DNA of 30,871 bases. It comes from an uncultured Eubacteriales bacterium (lineage in GTDB: Bacteria > Acidobacteriota > Aminicenantia > Aminicenantales > UBA4085). The translations under genes were made by a program, and so were the position numbers. The notes beneath the pieces are model-generated. The model was not told where the DNA came from, did not search any database, and saw only the letters and a program-made list of their open reading frames with translations. Positions 26,863 to 30,871 of this stretch are shown here, in pieces; position 1 is the first letter of the stretch, and every line of letters starts with the position of its first letter. The stretch spans positions 1 through 30,871 of the forward strand of contig CAYSGA010000001.1 in assembly GCA_964430165.1 (NCBI GenBank), written 5' to 3'.

Positions 26863-26898
26863 GGCCGGGAGGTCCGGGGTCGCCCCGGCCCGGCCTTT
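26863..26898. terminator. Probable intrinsic terminator between convergent genes
   Basis: GGCCGGG (26863-26869) pairs with CCCGGCC (26889-26895), enclosing CCGGGG-TCG-CCCCGG; followed by TTT. Confidence 0.55.
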
Positions 26899-26919
26899 GA
26901 TCGAACCCGCGGGGCGGAC

Positions 26920-28248
26920 TCAACCTTTTGCCGGTCCGCGCCGCGACATGGCGAACAGCGTACCGTTTCCGCCCAGGTAACCCGCGGTCTGGGCGATCCC
27001 GGCGGCCACGGCTCCGATTATCGCGAGGGGGCCGATGGTCAGCCAGAACGTCGCGACGATCACCCCGATCTGGACGACGACGGCCGCGGCGATCGGGTTC
27101 GTGTCGTGAGAGCGGACGAGGACCCCGCGCCGGTACCCGAGGACGGCCTCCAGGAACGGAAGGAGGACGAGAAGACGGGCCGGAAGCAAGGCGAAATCGG
27201 CCATCTCCGGCGACAACCCCGAAACCGTCCGCATCCAGAAGGGAGCCAGCGGGGAGAACACGACCGCGGCCATCCCCAGCGTCCCGGCGAGCCCGATCGC
27301 CCCGGTCATCCGACGGAGAAGCCTTTTGTATTCACCCCGGTCGCCGGCCAGGGCGATCACCACCTCCTGGACGGCGATGCCGCCCGTCCGGAAAAGGAAC
27401 GCCAGCCCCATGACCACCGGCATGACGGCCAGCGACTCGATCGGCATCCGGCTCCGGCCGAGGAAAAACGAAGTCAACGGGTGGACGGAAAACGAAAGGA
27501 ACGCGGTCAGGGCGAGGGGAACGTAAAAACGGCCGACCTTCTCGAACGTCAGCGACCGGCCGAAATCGCATTCGTCGTCGCTTTGGGCCTGGAGAGCCTG
27601 GACCGACTTGCGGGCCATGAACCGGCTGGCGGCCGCTTCGGCGATGACCCCGATCCCCAGAGCTCCTCCGCCGACGACGGCGCCCGGGAGACGAAAAACG
27701 AAGGCCAGAACAACCCCGGTCAGGGCCATCGTCGAAAGGCGGATCATCGTTCCCCAGGCGACGGCCCGGGGTTTTCCCTGGCGGATGAGGATACCCTGAT
27801 AAAAGCGGCGGAAACCGATCGCCCCCGGCCAGAGAATCATAAACATCATCGTCTGCGCCGAAAGACGGGCGATGTCTTCCGGCAAGCCGATCACCCCGCG
27901 GGCGATCAACCGGAAAACCGGCGGGAGGAGAAGGATCGCCATGACGGCGGTGACCGCCGCGTTCAGGGCGTACGAAAAACGGCGCAGGCGCCGGAAGGCG
28001 ATTTTATCCCGGACGAGCGCGTTTGAAGCCGACAACATCATGACGATGGGCGACTCGACGATCCAGGCGAGCGACGTGGCCACGCCGAAGGCGGCCAGGT
28101 TGATTTTCGGGTCGGCCAGGCGGGCGATAATCGCGGCTAGGAAGGGGCCTTCGAAAGCCATCATCAGCCAGGTCGACTCCAACGGAAGCCAGTATTTCAG
28201 GGCCGTCCGGGCGGTCACCGCCGTTGTCGAGTCGTCTTTCGTATTCAT
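26920..28248 (-). CDS. Polytopic membrane transporter, MATE/MOP fold, ANKH-like
   Basis: About 12 hydrophobic segments in two similar halves (LPLESTWLMMAFEGPFLAAIIAR..LAAFG vs VPLALTAFLSFSVHPLTSFFLGR..LAVMP). Start revised to ATG 28248 because the TTG at 28287 coincides with the -35 box. Confidence 0.75.
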   Translation of the reverse strand: MNTKDDSTTAVTARTALKYWLPLESTWLMMAFEGPFLAAIIARLADPKINLAAFGVATSLAWIVESPIVMMLSASNALVRDKIAFRRLRRFSYALNAAVTAVMAILLLPPVFRLIARGVIGLPEDIARLSAQTMMFMILWPGAIGFRRFYQGILIRQGKPRAVAWGTMIRLSTMALTGVVLAFVFRLPGAVVGGGALGIGVIAEAAASRFMARKSVQALQAQSDDECDFGRSLTFEKVGRFYVPLALTAFLSFSVHPLTSFFLGRSRMPIESLAVMPVVMGLAFLFRTGGIAVQEVVIALAGDRGEYKRLLRRMTGAIGLAGTLGMAAVVFSPLAPFWMRTVSGLSPEMADFALLPARLLVLLPFLEAVLGYRRGVLVRSHDTNPIAAAVVVQIGVIVATFWLTIGPLAIIGAVAAGIAQTAGYLGGNGTLFAMSRRGPAKG

Positions 28249-28258
28249 GGGCCGAGAG

Positions 28259-28287
28259 AGGATACCATTTCGGAGTTTTTGCGACAA
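28259..28287 (-). promoter_or_regulatory. Sigma70-type promoter (extended -10) for the ANKH-like gene
   Basis: Minus strand TTGTCG (28287-28282), 17-bp spacer ending TGG, TATCCT (28264-28259), 10 nt before the ATG. Confidence 0.5.
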
Positions 28288-28304
28288 CCAATCTTCTCAC
28301 TTTC

Positions 28305-28333
28305 TTGTGAAACGCGGATATTCCCAGTATGAT
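28305..28333 (+). promoter_or_regulatory. Sigma70-type promoter for the HlyD-ABC operon
   Basis: TTGTGA (28305-28310), 17-bp spacer, TATGAT (28328-28333). Confidence 0.55.
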
Positions 28334-28409
28334 TCACCCGGTGACAATGAACGATCAACATGTTCTTCCACAGCATCGTCAGCGTCAAACGCCACCCGGG
28401 AGGTGGGTC

Positions 28410-29390
28410 ATGAAACGTTGGCTCGGTCTCGGTCTTCTGGTCGCGGTCGCCGCCTGCGGCGGCCGGAACGACAAAAACGAAATGATCCTGACCGGTTCGG
28501 TCGAAAGCGACCCGGTGCGCGTTTCCCCGCTCGTCGGCGGGCGCCTGCTCGACGTCAACGCCGTCGAAGGGGCCGAAGTGAAGTCCGGTGACGTCATCGC
28601 CCGGATCGACCCGGCCGACTTCGATCTTCAATTGAAGCAGACCGAGACGGCAGTCCGGGCGGCTGCCGCGCAACTAGCCCTTGTTCAAAAGGGAGTCCGG
28701 AGCGAGGATCTGGCCACCGCCCGGGAGCAGGTCAATCAGGCGGAAATCGCGGCCGAAAAATTCGAGCGGGAGCGCGCCCGGCTGACTCGGTTATACAAAG
28801 AAGGATCCATCAGCTCCAAGGACCTGGATGACGTCACCGTCCAAAGCGACCGGGCGAAAAGCCAGCTCGAACAAGCGAAAAAACAATACGAAAAGGCGCA
28901 AACCGGCGCCCGGAAAGAGGAAATCGAGGCCGCCCAGGCCGCCTGCGACCAAGCCGCGGCCGCGGCGGATATTTTTATAAAAAAGATCTCCGATTGTACG
29001 ATCGTCGCCCCCCGCGACGGAACCGTCCTCCACCGGCTGGCCGAACCGGGCGAAGTCGTCGTTCCGGGGAGCACGCTGGCGATCATCGCCGACCTCAAAA
29101 CGGTGAAGATCACGGCCTTCATCTCGGAGCGCGACCTGGGATTCGTTTCGCTGGGGATGTCCGCGCGTCTGCGGGCGGATTCACACCCCGAAAAGAGCTT
29201 CGCGGCAACAGTCTCGCGCATCGCCGACGAAGCCGAGTTCACGCCCAAGACGATCCAGACCAGGGAAGAACGGGTGAAAACGGTTTACCGGATCGAATTG
29301 ACCGCCATAAACTCCGGAGGAATCTTCAAGCCGGGAATGCCGGTCGACGTCGTTTTGACCAGGCCCTCCGGAAATCCGGCAGCCCGCTGA
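28410..29390 (+). CDS. HlyD/YbhG-like efflux periplasmic adaptor lipoprotein
   Basis: Start revised to ATG 28410 (GGAGGT RBS; lipobox VAAC, Cys16); VSPLVGGRL..EG.EVKSGD lipoyl half, coiled-coil hairpin, AEFTPKTIQTREER and KPGMP motifs. Confidence 0.92.
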   Translation: MKRWLGLGLLVAVAACGGRNDKNEMILTGSVESDPVRVSPLVGGRLLDVNAVEGAEVKSGDVIARIDPADFDLQLKQTETAVRAAAAQLALVQKGVRSEDLATAREQVNQAEIAAEKFERERARLTRLYKEGSISSKDLDDVTVQSDRAKSQLEQAKKQYEKAQTGARKEEIEAAQAACDQAAAAADIFIKKISDCTIVAPRDGTVLHRLAEPGEVVVPGSTLAIIADLKTVKITAFISERDLGFVSLGMSARLRADSHPEKSFAATVSRIADEAEFTPKTIQTREERVKTVYRIELTAINSGGIFKPGMPVDVVLTRPSGNPAAR

Positions 29391-29405
29391 CGGAGCGAAT
29401 AAGGC

Positions 29406-30335
29406 ATGGCTGAAACGACGGTTCTCCGGGCATCCGGTCTCGGCTTTTCCTTCGGGAAGACGGCCGCCCTCCGGGGCGTGGACCTGACCGTCGCGAAGGG
29501 GGAAATTTTCGGCCTTATCGGGCCGGACGGCGCCGGGAAAACGACCCTCATCCGCGTCTTCTGCGGCCTGCTCCCCCCGGAAACCGGGTCCTGCCGCGTT
29601 CTCGGGCATGATACCGTCAAGGAAAAAACGCGGCTCATCCGGAAGATCGGGTATCTCTCCCAGCGTTTCTCGCTCTACGGTGACCTCAGCGTGGAGGAGA
29701 ACATCGACTTTTTCGCCGAAATCCACGGCCTGAAGAGCTACGCCGTCCGAAAAGCCGAGCTCCTCGAGTACATGGACCTTCACCGGTGCAAAAAACGCCT
29801 GGCCGGGGCTCTCTCCGGCGGGATGAAACAGAAGCTGGCCCTGGCCTGCACGCTCATCCACACGCCGGAAATTCTTTTCCTTGACGAGCCGACCAATGGG
29901 GTCGATCCGGTCGCCCGGCGCGATTTCTGGAACATCCTGTCCGAGGTTTCGGCCGGCGGCGTCACGATCGTCATTTCGACTCCCTATCTCGATGAAGCGG
30001 AGCGCTGCGGCCGCATCGCCTTCATGGACGGCGGCCGAGTCATCTCCATCGATACTCCGGCCGGAGCCAAAGAACATGTCGCCGGACGAATTTTCGAAGC
30101 CGTCTGTGATCCCGTCCGGGAGGCGCGGGCGATCGCCCGGAACGCGGCGGGAGTCGTTTCCGTCCATGCTTTCGGGGATAAAATCCACGCCGAGCTCGCC
30201 GCCGGCGCGGACGAACAGGCCTTCCGGGCGGTGCTGGAGAGGGCGGTCCGGGTCTCGGCTTTCCGGGCCGTCCGGCCGACTCTCGAAGACGTGTTCATCC
30301 GGCTGCTGGCCGAGAGGCGCGGGGAAGCGGCATGA
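29406..30335 (+). CDS. ABC transporter ATP-binding protein (YbhF-like, first ATPase)
   Basis: Walker A GPDGAGKT, SQRFSLYGDLSVEEN, signature LSGGMKQK, Walker B LFLDEP. Confidence 0.95.
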   Translation: MAETTVLRASGLGFSFGKTAALRGVDLTVAKGEIFGLIGPDGAGKTTLIRVFCGLLPPETGSCRVLGHDTVKEKTRLIRKIGYLSQRFSLYGDLSVEENIDFFAEIHGLKSYAVRKAELLEYMDLHRCKKRLAGALSGGMKQKLALACTLIHTPEILFLDEPTNGVDPVARRDFWNILSEVSAGGVTIVISTPYLDEAERCGRIAFMDGGRVISIDTPAGAKEHVAGRIFEAVCDPVREARAIARNAAGVVSVHAFGDKIHAELAAGADEQAFRAVLERAVRVSAFRAVRPTLEDVFIRLLAERRGEAA

Positions 30336-30871
30336 GCGCGGGGCCGACGGCCATCGAGGTTCGCAATCTCGAAAAACGCTTCGGCGATTTCCGGGCCGTG
30401 AAGGCGATCGATTTCGACGTCCGGCACGGCGAAATATTCGGGTTCATCGGGGCCAACGGCGCCGGAAAATCGACGACGATCAAAATACTCTGCGGCCTCC
30501 TTCGGCCCGACGGCGGAAAAGCCGTCGTCGCCGGAATCGACGTGGCCGCCGACCCCGAGGGCGTGAAGCGCCGCATCGGCTACATGTGCCAGAAATTCTC
30601 CTTGTACGGCGATCTGACCGCGTCAGAAAACATCGATTTTTTCGGAGGCATTTACGGCCTCCCGCCGGGCCGGCTGGAAAAGCGGCGGACCGAAATCTTC
30701 AGCCTCCTGGAGCTTTCCGCCCACGCCGATCGCTTCGCGGCCATCGCCGCGGTGTGCGGCTGGTCGGACTGGCGAGTGTGGGCCGGCGACGAGCAGCCTC
30801 CGCCGGTGAGGCGGCGGGTCCTCGAGTCGGGGAACATCTTGGGGCTGGCCGAGAATGCCCTCAACCTGCCG
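30332..30871 (+). CDS. Second ABC ATPase, partial and apparently chimeric after about base 30736
   Basis: Not in the ORF track because there is no stop before the window end. ATG overlaps the previous stop (ATGA). Own translation: MSAGPTAIEVRNLEKRFGDF...GANGAGKST...QKFSLYGDLTASEN...SAHADRF, then unrelated sequence where the signature and Walker B motifs should follow. Confidence 0.85.
   Translation, partial: MSAGPTAIEVRNLEKRFGDFRAVKAIDFDVRHGEIFGFIGANGAGKSTTIKILCGLLRPDGGKAVVAGIDVAADPEGVKRRIGYMCQKFSLYGDLTASENIDFFGGIYGLPPGRLEKRRTEIFSLLELSAHADRFAAIAAVCGWSDWRVWAGDEQPPPVRRRVLESGNILGLAENALNLP

Noticed and set aside
3-28248. One phosphate/sulfate-ester pathway uniting the three AlkP-superfamily enzymes, the metallophosphoesterase and the ANKH-like exporter
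   Set aside because: The genes are scattered over 28 kb in different transcription units with unrelated genes between them; nothing in the sequence links them.
1-30871. CRISPR arrays, tRNA/rRNA genes, riboswitches, insertion sequences, integrases and prophage genes
   Set aside because: No repeat-spacer periodicity, tRNA or rRNA signatures, terminal inverted repeats or recombinase motifs were seen. Intergenic gaps are short and mostly explained by promoters or terminators. An Infernal/Rfam scan would be needed to exclude small RNAs.

Overview
GC-rich bacterial DNA from a diderm organism (TonB-family protein, many lipoproteins). The gene style suggests an Acidobacteriota/Aminicenantes-like genome, but that is an impression, not a result. 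About 23 real CDSs; most other ORFs in the track are antisense or alternative-frame shadows. No rRNA, tRNA, CRISPR array or mobile element was recognised. Left to right: (1) a coupled trio of an AlkP-superfamily phosphodiesterase (5' end outside the window), a 63-aa ribbon-helix-helix-like protein ending in an LxxLGY tail, and a membrane protein resembling DUF106/EMC3/TMCO1 (Oxa1 superfamily); (2) a minus-strand run of metallophosphoesterase, tandem-GNAT protein resembling N-myristoyltransferase, secreted (alpha/alpha)6 glycoside hydrolase, TonB-family protein and unknown secreted protein; (3) nitroreductase, lipoprotein, YtcJ-like amidohydrolase; (4) an AT-richer sulfatase-like lipoprotein with a G8 tract in its promoter spacer; (5) a circularly permuted GpmI upstream of a four-gene ABC-2 cassette, divergent from a Ddl-like ATP-grasp gene; (6) a metacaspase followed by an unknown coiled-coil lipoprotein; (7) an S9 peptidase, an ANKH/MATE-like membrane protein and a HlyD-ABC operon whose last ORF switches abruptly into esterase-like sequence (probable chimera). 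Strongest leads: the phosphodiesterase/LGY/insertase trio, the permuted GpmI, the metacaspase-lipoprotein pair and the NMT-like protein. All family calls come from motif recognition by eye; no searches were run.
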